A DNA stretch of 64,000 nt, from NCBI GenBank assembly GCA_963713785.1, contig CAVQNB010000001.1, positions 108,191-172,190 of the forward strand. Reading direction: 5' to 3'. This stretch comes from an uncultured Alphaproteobacteria bacterium. Its GTDB lineage: Bacteria; Pseudomonadota; Alphaproteobacteria; Rhizobiales; Xanthobacteraceae. The translations under genes and the position numbers were made by a program. Positions within the stretch are counted from its first letter, which is position 1; the number at the start of each line of letters is the position of its first letter. Under the pieces are notes generated by a model, which was given only the letters and a program-made list of their open reading frames with translations, searched no databases and had not been told where the DNA came from. This document shows, piece by piece, positions 44,930 through 56,520 of the stretch.

Positions 44930-45301
44930 TTAGCGGCGCCAGGTCGCGCCGATCAGAAAGCCCAGGCCCAGCGCCAGCCCGACGGTCGCCAGTGGACGCT
45001 GCGTGACCACGTCTTCCAGCGTTTCCTCGATCGAATGGGCGGCATCCTGCGCCGCTTCCATCATCGCACCGCCGCGTTCCGACACGTCGTCCATGGTGGA
45101 ATCGACCTGGGCGCGGGCTTGCTTGTAGCCGCGCTTCGCCTGCTTCTTGGCGGTGCCGGCGAAGGTGTTGATGGCGTCGGTGATCTGGTCGGTGAGCGCT
45201 GCGATATCGTTTTTCACGGCGGTTACATCCTTTTCCAGGCTGTCATAGGTCGCCTTGTCCGTCCTATCTCGCATTCCGGTTTCGCCATTCGTCGTCGACA
45301 T
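44930..45301 (-). CDS. DUF883/ElaB-YqjD family tail-anchored protein
   Basis: Coiled N-terminus and C-terminal RPLATVGLALGLGFLIGATWRR. Confidence 0.85.
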   Translation of the reverse strand: MSTTNGETGMRDRTDKATYDSLEKDVTAVKNDIAALTDQITDAINTFAGTAKKQAKRGYKQARAQVDSTMDDVSERGGAMMEAAQDAAHSIEETLEDVVTQRPLATVGLALGLGFLIGATWRR

Positions 45302-45338
45302 CGAAATCTCCCAAACACTGAATTTACTACTGCGGGCC

Positions 45339-45363
45339 AACGCCGCGCGGTGATGGAAGTTCC
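45339..45363 (-). promoter_or_regulatory. EcfG promoter of the DUF883 gene
   Basis: Perfect GGAAC-N16-CGTT. Confidence 0.8.
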
Positions 45364-45368
45364 GTCGA

Positions 45369-46481
45369 TCAGCCCGGCGGAAGCTGCGGCGAATTAACCG
45401 GCCACAAATGCTCCTTGAGAATCAGCGCCACGATCAAAAGCGGCGACGACAGGAAGCCGCCCATCGGCCCCCACAGCCAGGTCCAGAACGCAAGCGCAAG
45501 GAATACCGCGAGCGCGTTGAGCGCAAGCCGCCTTCCGATGATCGTCGGCGTGACGAAATGACCTTCCAGGAACGCGATCCCGGCAAAGGCCAGCGCTGCC
45601 ATCAGGCCGCCGCCGATCGTCGGAAACGCAATCACGCCGACAACGGCCAGGATCACGAACATCGCGACCGGTCCGATGATCGGAATGTAATTCAAGGTCG
45701 CGGCGAGCGCGCCGAGGCCCGCCGGGTTCGGCATGTGCGTGATCGCGCAGATGATGCCGGTCGCGATACCGACGCCGATATTGATCATCGTGACCGTGAG
45801 CAAGTAATGGCCGAGCTGCACCTCGATTTCGTTGAGGATCCGCAACGTCCGCAGCCGCGCATCGTGATCGCCAAAATTCATGATCAGCGCGCGGCGCAGG
45901 TCTTTCCAGCTTGCAATGAACAGCAGCAGCGTTGCGAAGAACAGCAGGAATTCCGTAAACGTCGGCGACAGGAATTCGAGCGTCGGCTGCACCCATTCGA
46001 ATTTGGGCATCCGAAGCGACGTCGTTGCATCGGGCGTGCCGACCATGCCCTGCAGTTCCTGCCACAGCGCGAGCGGGCGATCGAATATATGCAGCTTCTC
46101 CTTCAGCTGCGAGGCGAGCTCCGGCAGCCGCGTGCTCCATTCCATCAGCGGCGACGAGATCAGGCCGACCATGAAAGCCGCGCCGGCGCCGGCTGCCGCG
46201 ACGATCAGCACCGCCGCCACGGAGCGGGGAATCTTGTAACGCCCAAGAAAGCTCGCGGCCGGTGACAGCATGGTGCCGACCACGAACGCCATCACGACGG
46301 GAAGGAAGAACGCCTTGGCGAGGTAAAGCACCGCAACGACGCAGATGATCAAGAGGCCGACCAGCGCGAAGGCAACGACCTCATCCCGGCGGATGACCGA
46401 CGGTTGTTCGCTTTTGCTGTCGGTGAAAGGTGCGCCTTCGGGCGCGGTGGAAAGCAGACGTTCACTGGGAAGCACGCGCAC
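45369..46481 (-). CDS. AI-2E family transporter
   Basis: Polytopic; LNYIPIIGP, LEGHFVTPTIIGRR, FWTWLWGPMG. Confidence 0.88.
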   Translation of the reverse strand: MRVLPSERLLSTAPEGAPFTDSKSEQPSVIRRDEVVAFALVGLLIICVVAVLYLAKAFFLPVVMAFVVGTMLSPAASFLGRYKIPRSVAAVLIVAAAGAGAAFMVGLISSPLMEWSTRLPELASQLKEKLHIFDRPLALWQELQGMVGTPDATTSLRMPKFEWVQPTLEFLSPTFTEFLLFFATLLLFIASWKDLRRALIMNFGDHDARLRTLRILNEIEVQLGHYLLTVTMINIGVGIATGIICAITHMPNPAGLGALAATLNYIPIIGPVAMFVILAVVGVIAFPTIGGGLMAALAFAGIAFLEGHFVTPTIIGRRLALNALAVFLALAFWTWLWGPMGGFLSSPLLIVALILKEHLWPVNSPQLPPG

Positions 46482-46556
46482 AACGGTTGTCCCCGCGGCA
46501 GAGCGAATGCAGCCTGTGCAGCGAAGTTGCTCCGCGAGCCGAACTCTCAAGGCGAC

Positions 46557-46666
46557 AACTTGGGCGCCCCAGGATGGTTCCATCGCAGAGACGTGAGACA
46601 GCTTGTGCTGGACGATTGCCTCTCTGACTCGAGCCGAGATGGAACCTCGAAGGCGCGATCCGCGTT
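46557..46666. promoter_or_regulatory. Divergent EcfG promoters (AI-2E gene; L,D-transpeptidase)
   Basis: Minus GGAAC-N16-AGTT (46581-46557); plus GGAAC-N17-CGTT (46641-46666). Confidence 0.7.
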
Positions 46667-46713
46667 GTTGTCGAGAGAGCATCATCGCGATGCACAGCCA
46701 AACGGGGCAGCAC

Positions 46714-47515
46714 ATGACACAACCTTACGCAGCTAATCGCCGGTCGTTGCCGCGCGTGATGAGCGCGCTGGTTTTCGCGGGCGCCGTGCTAGCGGCGCCT
46801 GTCTTTTCCAGTGCCGCAAGCGCGCAGGCGCTCGGCTATGCGCCGGCGCAAGCAGGCGCATTTCCGCAGGACTATGTGACAAGCGCGCCGGCGCCGGAGA
46901 GCGAGGAAAGCGTTCTGCCGGAGCGGCTGCGCCGCGCGACCGTCAATTTCGAGACCAGGGAAGCGCCCGGCACTGTTATCATCGACACCGGCAACACCGT
47001 GCTCTACTACGTGCTCGGCGGCGGCCGCGCGATCCGTTACGGCGTCGGCGTCGGCCGCCAGGGTTTTACCTGGGCCGGCGTGCAGACCATCAGCCGCAAG
47101 GCGGAATGGCCGGACTGGTATCCGCCGGCGGAGATGGTCGCGCGCCAGCCCTATCTGCCGCGCTTCGTGGCCGGCGGGCCTGGCAATCCGCTCGGCGCGC
47201 GCGCCATGTATCTCGGCGCCAGCGAATACCGCATCCACGGCACCAACGATCCCACCACCATCGGCAAGTTCGTGTCGTCGGGCTGCATCCGCATGACCAA
47301 CGAAGATGTCAGCGATCTCTTCAGTCGCGTCGATATCGGCACCAAGGTCGTGGTGCTGCCGAAGAATGCGCGCCGCCCTTGAGGCCAAGGCGACGGGAGG
47401 AGCGGCAACAGGAATGATCACCATGCGACCGACACCGGCGCAAGCACGCCCAGTGGTGATGACGACGCCTTCGGGCGGCCGGGCGATGACCATTTCGACC
47501 TCAGCGATCTATTGA
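46714..47515 (+). CDS. L,D-transpeptidase (YkuD); stop at 47382 as read, probably 47515 after one indel
   Basis: RYGVGVGR, NPLGARAMYL, YRIHGTN...SSGCIRM. Confidence 0.9.
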
Positions 47516-47529
47516 GGCAGGAGCCGAAC

Positions 47530-48171
47530 ATGGTCACGAAATCGGTCAGGCTGGCGGCATGGGGCGTGACGGCGGTGCTGTGCGTATCGAGCCTGGTGGC
47601 GACCGCGCAGGCCCAAGACTTCTTCTCTGCGCTGTTCGGCGCGTTAGGAGGCCGTCGCCTCGCCCCGCCGCAGATCGTTCTGCCCTTCACCAATGAAGGG
47701 GCTCCGCAAGAAGGCGACGCCCGACCGCGCTACTATGGCGGCGGCCAGGCCTATTGCGTGCGCAGCTGCGACGGCCGCTACTTCCCGATCTCGGGGCCCG
47801 ACAACCAGAGCAAGGCGGCCTCCTGCAACAATTTCTGCCCGGCGAGCGAAACGCGGCTGGTCTATGGCAGCTCGATCGACAATGCCGCGACCGAGACCGG
47901 AAAGCCCTATTCCGAATTGCCGAACGCGTTCCGTTTCCGCAACGAGATCGTTGCTGGCTGCACCTGCAACGGCAGGGACCAGATCGGGCTTGCGCCGGTC
48001 TCCATCGACAAGGATCCGACCTTGCGCAAGGGTGACCTCGTCGCCGGCCGCAATGGGCTGGTGGTTGCCAATGGTGGCGCCGATAAGCGCGGCGCCCAGC
48101 TCAACTTCTCGCCGGCCTCGCAGCAGCTGCGTGCCCGCTATCAGAGCGTGCCGGTAGTTGCGTCGGAATAA
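47530..48171 (+). CDS. DUF2865 domain exported protein
   Basis: Signal peptide; YCVRSCDGRYFP, CNNFCP, YSELPNAFRFR, CTC. Confidence 0.82.
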   Translation: MVTKSVRLAAWGVTAVLCVSSLVATAQAQDFFSALFGALGGRRLAPPQIVLPFTNEGAPQEGDARPRYYGGGQAYCVRSCDGRYFPISGPDNQSKAASCNNFCPASETRLVYGSSIDNAATETGKPYSELPNAFRFRNEIVAGCTCNGRDQIGLAPVSIDKDPTLRKGDLVAGRNGLVVANGGADKRGAQLNFSPASQQLRARYQSVPVVASE

Positions 48172-48203
48172 AAAAACGGCCGGCGATCAGCCGGCCGCTT
48201 TTT
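48171..48203. terminator. Bidirectional terminator
   Basis: AAAAAA-CGGCCGGC-GATCA-GCCGGCCG-CTTTTT. Confidence 0.8.
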
Positions 48204-48218
48204 AGAGGGACGAGCCGA

Positions 48219-50316
48219 TCAGGCCGCGCGGATCTTGCCGAGGAATTCGGTCACCTGGCCGCCGAGCTGCTGGCTCTGGTTTTCCAGAATCTCGGAGGCC
48301 TGCTTGACGTTGTCAGCGGCGGCTGCGGCCGCATCGGCGTCCGCCTTGACGCCGGTGATGTTGTCGGAGACGTTCTTGGTGCCCCGGGAGGCATATTGCG
48401 TGCTGCGGGTGATTTCCTGCGTCGCCGCACCCTGCTCTTGAACTGCGGCTGCGATCGCGGTGGCGACCTCGTTGACCTCGCCGATGATGCTGCCGATGCC
48501 CTTGATGGCGTCGATGGCTTCGCCCGCCACCTTCTGGATGTCGGCGATCTGCTCGGAAATTTCCTCGGTGGCTTTCGCGGTCTGGCTGGCCAGCGATTTG
48601 ACTTCGGAGGCGACCACGGCAAAGCCTCGGCCGGCCTCGCCGGCGCGCGCGGCCTCGATGGTGGCGTTCAGCGCCAAGAGGTTGGTCTGGGCGGCAATGT
48701 TGTTGATCAGGCCGACCACTTCGCCGATCCGGCCGGCTGATTTGGCCAGTCCCTGCACCGTGCCGTCGGTCTCGCTGCGCCTGGCTGACCGCGCGGCTTG
48801 CGATCCCCGCAGCATGCGCGGCCTGCTGGCTGATGTCGTTGATCGAGGCGCTCAATTCCTCCGACGCCGAGGCGACGCTTTCGACGCTCATCGAAGCCTC
48901 GTTGGACGCCTTTTCCGCGACCATGACGCGCTCGTTGGTCTGACGGGAGACTTTGGACAGACCCGATGAAGTGGTGCGCATCTGGCCGGAAGCGTCGCCC
49001 AGTTGCTGCAGCGTCTGGCGTACCAGGCTCTCGAACTCGCCGACATAGGTCTCGATCGCGCGCTGGCGCGCCGTGGCACCGGCGTTGCGCTCACGTTCCT
49101 GCGCCTCGATCCTGAGCTTGTCGTTGGCCTGCTGCTTGAAGGTCTCGAGCGCGCCGGCCAGCGCGCCGATCTCGTCGCTGCGCTCGGCATAGCCGGTATC
49201 GACGGAAAGATCGCCGCCGGCGACCTTCAGCATGGCGTCGCGCATATTGTGGAGCGGCGTGATGACGCGTCGGGTCACCGCCATCATGGCGCCCACGGTC
49301 AACGCGATCGCAATCGCCAGCAGTCCGAGCTGCATGGCAAGCGAGCGCTGCGCCGCGGCGCGCTGTACCGCGGTATGTTCCTTGGCGGCGTCAAGGGCGG
49401 CTTCGGCGACGCCGACGGCGGTGGCGAGGCGTCCGACCGTGATCGGGGTCCACTGGTTCGCGGTCAGCTCCGGTTTCTCGCCGCTGGCCACGGCGTTGAG
49501 CAGGCCATCGCGCAGGTTCTGATACTGCGGCTCGAAATACGCGGCCTTGGTCGCGGTCATGGCGGCGGCAAGCGCCGGCGGCAACTGCATTCCCCCGGTC
49601 GTCAATTCCAGGGCTTTCCATGCGATATCGATGCCGCCGAGCAGCCTGGTATAGGTTTGGCGGGTTTCCGGCGTCACCTTGCCGGAGGCGAGCCCGGTCG
49701 AAACCAACAGCGATGCCTCGCCCGCGGTATTGCGCAAGAGCCAGGCGATCTGCTTGATCGTCAGCAATTGGTCGATCGTCGCATCCTGATGGTTGACCGA
49801 GGCGGCCAGGATTCCGGACAGCTTGTCGAGCGTGTCGAGCAGGCCCTGGGTCGTTTCCATGTATTCCTTCGGCAGCGCCTGCCGGCGCGAAGCCTTCGGC
49901 TTGCTCACTTCCTCCCAGAATTCCTTCTGCTCGGCGGAGAGCTTCTTGAACAGGCCGTCGAAATCTCCGGCACCAGCGTCTGCTGTTGCGGGAATTCCAT
50001 CATCGGCAGCAGCTCGAGCGCGCGGCCCATGGCCGGCATTTCCGCGTCGCGAATGCCGCGCAGATACTTGTCGATGCTCGCTGTCGACCGGCGGTTCCGA
50101 GTTCAGGATCCGGTTGGTGCTGGACCGATCCGTGCGCAGATTGTGCATCGCCTTGAACAGATTCGCCGAGGCATCGGCGATCAGCGAGATGCGGCTCGCC
50201 ATCTGCAGCCGACCCCAGGATTCCCAGGCGTTGAGCGAAAATCCGATCACCACGCAAAACGACGTGGTCAGGATCACGGATTTCAAAAGTGCGGATACGG
50301 TCAAACGGTTCAGCAT
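48219..50316 (-). CDS. Methyl-accepting chemotaxis protein (HAMP + MA); indels near 48780-48810 and 49960-50080
   Basis: [34 protein letters not shown]; [14 protein letters not shown]; two TM segments. Confidence 0.92.
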
Positions 50317-50446
50317 GGATGCCCCCAAAAACCCCGGAGGTCATTTCGCCGAAGAATGGTTAATATTCAGGGAGGCTTTAGGCCGTAAAACTACGAGGCG
50401 TGTTGAATCCGCTCGATTTTTTGAATGGCTGGAGGGTTCCGCGGCG

Positions 50447-50472
50447 GGAACCTAGTCGCGCCTCGAGACGTT
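50447..50472 (+). promoter_or_regulatory. EcfG promoter of the 51-aa membrane protein
   Basis: GGAAC-N17-CGTT; overlaps a CtrA-like TTAA-N7-CTAAC at 50471-50486. Confidence 0.7.
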
Positions 50473-50523
50473 AACAGAACACTAACGGGGTTTTTTCACT
50501 GGTAGCCTTCAGGGGGACCTTCG

Positions 50524-50679
50524 ATGCTGGTCAGCGTACTCATCACCTTTCTCGTCGTTATCCTGGTCCTCTACCTCATCAATATGTTGCCGCTCGACGG
50601 CCGCGCCAAGCAGATCTGCCGCATCATCGTCATCGTGCTCGGCGTGATCTCGCTGTTGAAATACATCGCGGTGTTTTAG
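50524..50679 (+). CDS. Small two-TM membrane protein (51 aa, Thivi_2564-like), not in the ORF track
   Basis: MLVSVLITFLVVILVLYLINMLPLDGRAKQICRIIVIVLGVISLLKYIAVF*; AGGGGG RBS. Confidence 0.8.
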   Translation: MLVSVLITFLVVILVLYLINMLPLDGRAKQICRIIVIVLGVISLLKYIAVF

Positions 50680-50702
50680 GGCGCTGACTGAACGTCATTT
50701 CT

Positions 50703-50818
50703 CGTCATTGCGAGGAGCGAAGCGACGAAGCAGATCCAGTCGTTCTTGCGGCTCTGGATTGCTTTGCGGAGCCTGTCATCGGGCGCGCGTTCGCGCGACC
50801 CGTCGGCTCGCAATGACG
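50703..50818. repeat. CGTC-tagged palindromic REP-like element with a nested second hairpin
   Basis: Ends CGTCATTGCGAG...CTCGCAATGACG; inner GAAGCAGATCCAG/CTGGATTGCTTT; nested CGGGCGCGCG-TT-CGCGCGACCCG. Confidence 0.8.
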
Positions 50819-50841
50819 GGGTTGGATTCGGCCATCCCAAC

Positions 50842-50871
50842 AAAAAAGCCCCGGCGAATGCCGGGGCTCTT
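50842..50871. terminator. Terminator after csbD
   Basis: AAAAAAGCCCCGGC-GAAT-GCCGGGGCTCTT. Confidence 0.8.
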
Positions 50872-50885
50872 GCAGTTGGAAGCGC

Positions 50886-51086
50886 TTACTTCAGCGTCCT
50901 GAACCAGTCGTCCACGTCCTTGTGGATCTGATCCTTGGCGAAACCGTAGCGCTGCTGCAGCTTGCCTTCGAGCTGATCGCGGCGGCCTTCGATCACGTTG
51001 AGATCGTCGTCGGTGAGCTTGCCCCACTTCTCCCTGGCCTTGCCCTTGAACTGCTTCCAATTGCCTTCGACCCGGTTCCAATCCAT
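50886..51086 (-). CDS. csbD: CsbD/YjbJ family stress protein
   Basis: MDWNRVEGNWKQFKGKAREKWGKLTDDDL...GKLQQRYG. Confidence 0.93.
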   Translation of the reverse strand: MDWNRVEGNWKQFKGKAREKWGKLTDDDLNVIEGRRDQLEGKLQQRYGFAKDQIHKDVDDWFRTLK

Positions 51087-51118
51087 TGCCATCTCCTTCT
51101 GCGTTGGGATGGTTGTTC

Positions 51119-51143
51119 AACGAATGGGCGCGTCAGGCGTTCC
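51119..51143 (-). promoter_or_regulatory. EcfG promoter of csbD
   Basis: Perfect GGAAC-N16-CGTT. Confidence 0.82.
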
Positions 51144-51203
51144 GAGAGGAACCATGCGCATCGTGACGTGACGTTATCGGACGTGACGTTGCCGATAGAG
51201 TGA

Positions 51204-53366
51204 TCACCCCGCCGCCTTGGCTTCGCGGCGGCGCGCGGTGAGGATGTATTCCGTATAGCCGTTCGGCTGCTCGCGTCCCTTGAAAATCAAATCGCAGGCG
51301 GCCTTGAAGGCGACCCCGTCGAAGGCGGGCGCCATCGGCCGGTACAAGGGATCGCCGGCGTTCTGCTTGTCGACCACAACCGCCATGCGCTTCAAGGATT
51401 CCATCACCTGCTCTTTGGTGATGACGCCCTGGTGCAGCCAGTTCGCCAGATGCTGGCTCGAGATGCGTAACGTGGCGCGATCCTCCATCAGGCCGACGTC
51501 ATGGATGTCGGGCACTTTCGAGCAGCCGACGCCCTGATCGATCCAGCGCACGACATAGCCCAGAATGCCCTGGCAGTTATTGTCGATCTCCTGCCTCACA
51601 TCGTCAGGCGCCCAGTTCGATTGCGATACCGGAATCGTCAGGATGTCGGAGAGTTTCGCGCGTGGACCGCCCTTGGCGAGTTCCTGCTGGCGCGCGATCA
51701 CATTGACCTGGTGATAGTGCAGCGCGTGCAGCGTCGCCGCCGTCGGCGAGGGCACCCACGCGGTGGTGGCGCCGGCCTGCGGATGGGCGATTTTCTGCGC
51801 CAGCATGTCCGCCATCTTGTCGGGCGCCGCCCACATGCCCTTGCCGATCTGGGCATGGCCGGGCAGGCCGTCGATCAGGCCGATGTCGACGTTCCAGTCC
51901 TCATAGGCCTTGATCCAGGGCTGCGATTTCATGTCGTTCTTGCGGATCATGGGGCCGGCTTCCATCGAGGTGTGAATCTCGTCGCCGGTGCGGTCGAGGA
52001 AGCCGGTGTTGATGAACATGATGCGCTTCGACGCATTCTGGATGCAGGCCTTGAGGTTGACTGTGGTGCGGCGTTCCTCGTCCATGATGCCGACCTTGAT
52101 AGTGTTTTCAGGCAGCGACAGCAGCTTCTCGACCTTGGCGAACAATTCGCAGGTCAGCGCCACCTCGTCCGGGCCGTGCATCTTCGGCTTGACGATATAG
52201 ACCGAGCCGGTGCGGCTGTTTTTGGTCTTCGAATGGCCCTTGAGATCGTGGATCGCGAGTAGCCCAGCCACCGCGGCATCCAGAATGCCCTCGGGGATCT
52301 CCTCGCCCTTGTCGTCGAGCACGGCGTCGGTGAACATGTGATGGCCGACATTGCGCATCAACAAGAGGCTGCGGCCGTGCAGCTTCAATTCCTTGCCGTC
52401 AGGCGTCTTGTAAACGCGGTCGGGATTGAGCGCGCGCTTGAGCGTCTTGCCGCCCTTTTCGAAATCAGCGGACAGCGTGCCGTTCATCAGCCCAAGCGTG
52501 TTGCGATAGATCAGCACCTTGTCCTCGGCATCGACGGCTGCGACGCTGTCCTCCATGTCGAGGATGGTCGACACCGCCGATTCCAGGATCATGTCGGCGA
52601 CCCCCGCCGGATCGTGCTTGCCGATGACATGATTGCGATCGATCCTGACCTCGATATGCATGCCGTTGTTGACGAGCAGGATCGCCGACGGCGCCGCGGC
52701 ATCGCCCTGGAAGCCTGCGAACTGTGCGTTGGATTTCAGCGCGGTGGCATTGCCGCTCTTCAATTTGACCGCGAGTTGCCCGGCGATGACGCTATAGGAG
52801 GTAACATCGGTGTGGCTTGCGGTCGCAAGCGGCACCGCGGCGTCGAGAAACGCTTTCGCCTTGGCGATCACCTTGTCGCCACGCGCCTTGTTAAAGCCCT
52901 TGCCCGTTTCGCTCGGATCCTGCGGGATCGCATCGGTGCCGTAGAAGGCGTCATAGAGACTGCCCCAGCGCGCATTCGCCGCGTTCAGCGCATAACGCGC
53001 ATTGGTCAGGGGGACGACGAGCTGCGGCCCGCAGATCTTGCCGATCTCTTCGTCGACATTGGCGGTCTCGACCTTGTGGGTCGCAGGCTCCGGCAGCAGA
53101 TAACCGATCTCCTTGAGGAACGCAGTATAGGCGTTCATGTCGAACGGCTTGCCCTTGTTGGCGCGGTGCCAGCCGTCGATCTTGGCCTGCAAGCTGTCGC
53201 GGAACGCGAGCAGCTCACGGTTCTTCGGACCGAGGTCACGGAGAATGGCGGCAAGCCCGGCCCAGAACGCGTCGGGCGAAATCCCAGTGTTGGGCGTCGC
53301 TTCCTTGGCGATAAAATCGAACAAAACCGGGCTGATTTTCAATCCGTGGGCATCGATACGCTTCAT
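51204..53366 (-). CDS. glcB: Malate synthase G
   Basis: [52 protein letters not shown]. Confidence 0.97.
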   Translation of the reverse strand: MKRIDAHGLKISPVLFDFIAKEATPNTGISPDAFWAGLAAILRDLGPKNRELLAFRDSLQAKIDGWHRANKGKPFDMNAYTAFLKEIGYLLPEPATHKVETANVDEEIGKICGPQLVVPLTNARYALNAANARWGSLYDAFYGTDAIPQDPSETGKGFNKARGDKVIAKAKAFLDAAVPLATASHTDVTSYSVIAGQLAVKLKSGNATALKSNAQFAGFQGDAAAPSAILLVNNGMHIEVRIDRNHVIGKHDPAGVADMILESAVSTILDMEDSVAAVDAEDKVLIYRNTLGLMNGTLSADFEKGGKTLKRALNPDRVYKTPDGKELKLHGRSLLLMRNVGHHMFTDAVLDDKGEEIPEGILDAAVAGLLAIHDLKGHSKTKNSRTGSVYIVKPKMHGPDEVALTCELFAKVEKLLSLPENTIKVGIMDEERRTTVNLKACIQNASKRIMFINTGFLDRTGDEIHTSMEAGPMIRKNDMKSQPWIKAYEDWNVDIGLIDGLPGHAQIGKGMWAAPDKMADMLAQKIAHPQAGATTAWVPSPTAATLHALHYHQVNVIARQQELAKGGPRAKLSDILTIPVSQSNWAPDDVRQEIDNNCQGILGYVVRWIDQGVGCSKVPDIHDVGLMEDRATLRISSQHLANWLHQGVITKEQVMESLKRMAVVVDKQNAGDPLYRPMAPAFDGVAFKAACDLIFKGREQPNGYTEYILTARRREAKAAG

Positions 53367-53513
53367 GATGGGCTTTTCTCGCGAGGCAAACGGCGGTTAG
53401 AGGTATTTTCGAGGTGGGAATAGCAAAAAGCGCGCCAAAGGAAGCCGCTTTCGGCGGCCTTGTAGCGCTAAAGCCGGGTCGATGAGAAGGGCCTAAAACC
53501 GCCTCAGTAAGTC

Positions 53514-55442
53514 TCAGATATTGGCAGCGAGATCGACGAGTTCGTCGAACAGAATGCCGGATTTCGCCAGCATCCGCTCGATCTCGTCGGCCGCGTCCGA
53601 AACCGAACGGGCCGAAGTGTCGATGGTGAGTTCGCTCGCGGTCGGCGGCTGGTAATCATTGCCGATGCCGGTGAAGGCTTGCAGCGTGCCGGCGCGCGCC
53701 TTGGCGTAATGGCCCTTGGGATCGCGGCTCTCGCATACTTCCGCCGGTGTTGCGACATAGACCTCGCGGAAGGCGAAATCCGCGATCCGGCGCGCCGCGG
53801 CGCGGTCCTCGCGCGACGGCGACACCGCGGCGACGATCGCGATGTGGCCGTTGCGCGCCAAATGCGTCGCGACTTCGGCGAGGCGGCGAATATTCTCGCT
53901 GCGGTCGGCGGCCGAGAAGCCGAGATCGCCGTTCAGCCCGGCGCGCAAGGTATCGCCGTCGAGCAGGATCGGCGAGCCGCCGTTTGAAAACAGCCGCCGC
54001 TCCAGGGCGCGGGCCAATGTCGATTTGCCCGAGCCGGGCAATCCCGTGAGCCAGACCACGGCGCCGTTGTGATGGTAGCGCGCCGAGCGCTCGTCGGGAC
54101 GCAGCGCCGATTCCACCGGCACGATATCGATCGGAACCGCGCGCTGCCCGGCATCGACCGACAGCACGAGCCCGCCGCCGGCGATGCGGCCGGCAACCTC
54201 GATCACCAGCCGCCCGGTGCGCGGATTGTCGGAATAGGGATCGGCGGCGATCGGCTGCGCCAGCGAGATGTCGATCTCGCCGACATGGTTCTTCGCGATC
54301 GATGTGTTCTCGGTCGACGACAATTGCCCGGGATCGACCGCCTTCTCGATCGCGACCACAGTGGCGCGGGCCTCGCGCGTGCCGAGCCTGACCAGGATCT
54401 GCTCGCCTTTGGAGAGCGGCTTGTCGTGCAGCCAGAAGATGCGGGCGCGCAAGCGGCGGGTGTCGCGCGGACTTGCGCCGACATGGGCAATCACGTCGCC
54501 GCGTTCGACGAACAGTTCGCGGTCGAGGGTGATGCCGACCGAGCGTCCCGCGCCTTGCCTGCCTTTGACCGGAGTCAGCGGCCAGCTCTCGACCGTCTTG
54601 ATTTTTGCGATCTTGCCGGCGGGCATGATGACGATCTCGTCGCCAGCGCTAAGGTGGCCGGATTCGATGCGACCCGCGACGATGCGGCGGTCGTCGAATT
54701 TGTAGATCGCCTGCACCGGCAATCGCAGCGCCAATTGTTCCAGCGGCCGCGCCGGCTCGAGCGCATCCAGCGCCTCGACCACGGTCGGGCCGTCATACCA
54801 GGAAATTTTTGGCGTGCGTTCGGCAACGCCATCGCCGTCCCGCGCGGAGATCGGGATCACAGCCGTCGGCGTCACACCGAGGCCTGTGAGATGTGCCGAA
54901 ATCTCGTCGCTGATAGCGTTGAAGCGCGCGGCGGAAAAATCGACCCGGTCCATCTTGTTGACGACAACCGCGACCTGTTTGACGCCGAGCAGGTGCAGCA
55001 GGTAGCCATGGCGCCTTGTCTGGTCGCGCACGCCTTCCAGCGCGTCGATGATCAGAACCGCGCCGTCGGCTTGCGAGGCGCCGGTGATCATGTTGCGCAA
55101 AAATTCGGCGTGGCCGGGCGCGTCGATCAGCACGATGTCGCGCGATCCGGTGCGGAAGCGGATCTGCGTGGTGTCGATGGTGATGCCCTGGTCGCGCTCG
55201 GTCTGCAACGCATCCAAAAGAAACGACCATTCGAACGGCATGCCGCGCCGGGCGCTGACCGCCTTGAGCATCTCGAGCTTGCCCTCGGGCAGGCTGCCGG
55301 TCTCATGCAACAGACGCCCGACCAGGGTGGATTTGCCGTGATCGACATGGCCGACGATGACGATGCGGACCTGCGGCCGCGTGGTGCCGTTCGGCGTTGC
55401 CGATATCGAGGCGGGAAGGATCATGTTCATGGCAGCGCTCAT
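53514..55442 (-). CDS. cysNC: Bifunctional sulfate adenylyltransferase large subunit / APS kinase (CysNC, NodQ-like)
   Basis: [27 protein letters not shown]; kinase [23 protein letters not shown]. Confidence 0.93.
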   Translation of the reverse strand: MSAAMNMILPASISATPNGTTRPQVRIVIVGHVDHGKSTLVGRLLHETGSLPEGKLEMLKAVSARRGMPFEWSFLLDALQTERDQGITIDTTQIRFRTGSRDIVLIDAPGHAEFLRNMITGASQADGAVLIIDALEGVRDQTRRHGYLLHLLGVKQVAVVVNKMDRVDFSAARFNAISDEISAHLTGLGVTPTAVIPISARDGDGVAERTPKISWYDGPTVVEALDALEPARPLEQLALRLPVQAIYKFDDRRIVAGRIESGHLSAGDEIVIMPAGKIAKIKTVESWPLTPVKGRQGAGRSVGITLDRELFVERGDVIAHVGASPRDTRRLRARIFWLHDKPLSKGEQILVRLGTREARATVVAIEKAVDPGQLSSTENTSIAKNHVGEIDISLAQPIAADPYSDNPRTGRLVIEVAGRIAGGGLVLSVDAGQRAVPIDIVPVESALRPDERSARYHHNGAVVWLTGLPGSGKSTLARALERRLFSNGGSPILLDGDTLRAGLNGDLGFSAADRSENIRRLAEVATHLARNGHIAIVAAVSPSREDRAAARRIADFAFREVYVATPAEVCESRDPKGHYAKARAGTLQAFTGIGNDYQPPTASELTIDTSARSVSDAADEIERMLAKSGILFDELVDLAANI

Positions 55443-55470
55443 GACGATTGTCGATTGGCGATGTTGATTT

Positions 55471-56376
55471 TCAGAGGTAGCCCGCGACCCGCAGCCGCTC
55501 GAAAGCGTCTTCGGTTTCGTGATCGAGCGCGCGCCCCGCACGCTCCGGCACTTTGGTGGCTTCCAGCTCGGCGAGGATTTCCTCGATGTTCGAGGCGTCG
55601 GATGCGACGGGATTGGTGATGTCCTGATCGCCGAGCGAGCGATAGCGCTTGCCGTCTTTCGACAGATAAAGCGGAATGATCGGGATGTTTTCGCGCTGAG
55701 TGTAGGCCCAGATGTCGGCCTCGGTCCAATGCAGGATCGGGTGAATGCGTAAGTGCGCGCCCGGCGGCGGCGAGGCGTTGAACTGGTCCCAAAATTCCGG
55801 CGGCTGATCGCGCACGTCCCATCCGCCCTCGGTGCCGCGCGGCGAGAACACACGTTCTTTCGCGCGCGTCGCCTCCTCGTCGCGGCGGATGCCGGCGATC
55901 AAGCCATCGAAGCCGAATTTGGCGAGCGCGAGTTTTAGTCCCTCGGTCTTGCGCGCAGCCGAACGCGCCGCCGGCGGCAGGGTCGGATCGACCGCGTCGA
56001 TCGGCGGGCAAGGCTCGACGCGGAGATCAAGGTCCCATTCCTTGCCGTAGCGATCGCGGAACGCATACATCTCGGCGAATTTCTTGCCGGTGTCGACATG
56101 CAGCGCCGGGAACGGCACGCGGCCGAAGAAGGCCTTTCGCGCCAGCCAGATCATGACGTTGGAATCTTTGCCGAGCGACCACAGCAGCGCCAACTTCTTC
56201 AGCCGCGCGAACGCTTCGCGCAAAATGTAGATGCTCTGCGCCTCCAGCGCGTCGAGGTGATCCATCGACGGCGCGTCAGCGCGCTCGTGAACCGAAATCT
56301 GCGGGACGGCGTTGCCATTCGCTGGCGCTGCCCAACGCAGCCGGTCCTTGGCGGATTCGTTGTTGAGAACATGCAT
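55471..56376 (-). CDS. cysD: Sulfate adenylyltransferase small subunit (start may be 56265)
   Basis: [49 protein letters not shown]. Confidence 0.93.
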   Translation of the reverse strand: MHVLNNESAKDRLRWAAPANGNAVPQISVHERADAPSMDHLDALEAQSIYILREAFARLKKLALLWSLGKDSNVMIWLARKAFFGRVPFPALHVDTGKKFAEMYAFRDRYGKEWDLDLRVEPCPPIDAVDPTLPPAARSAARKTEGLKLALAKFGFDGLIAGIRRDEEATRAKERVFSPRGTEGGWDVRDQPPEFWDQFNASPPPGAHLRIHPILHWTEADIWAYTQRENIPIIPLYLSKDGKRYRSLGDQDITNPVASDASNIEEILAELEATKVPERAGRALDHETEDAFERLRVAGYL

Positions 56377-56520
56377 CTCGTGGCCCTTGGCGTTCGGAGG
56401 CGAAAATTCTATAGTTGCACTGCAATAGAGAAGAAATAATTTTCTCTTTGCGAGGCTGGATCGAGACATATATAGAAATAAATTCTAGTCAACCCCGGAT
56501 GTCGGGGAAGCGAGTATCGC

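Noticed and set aside
51163-51190. Short GACGTGACGTT duplication downstream of glcB
   Set aside because: Only two short copies; no supporting structure.
53514-56376. nodPQ symbiosis genes
   Set aside because: Context is the housekeeping cysG-cysI-cysH-sbp cluster with no nod genes, so cysD/cysNC is the better call.
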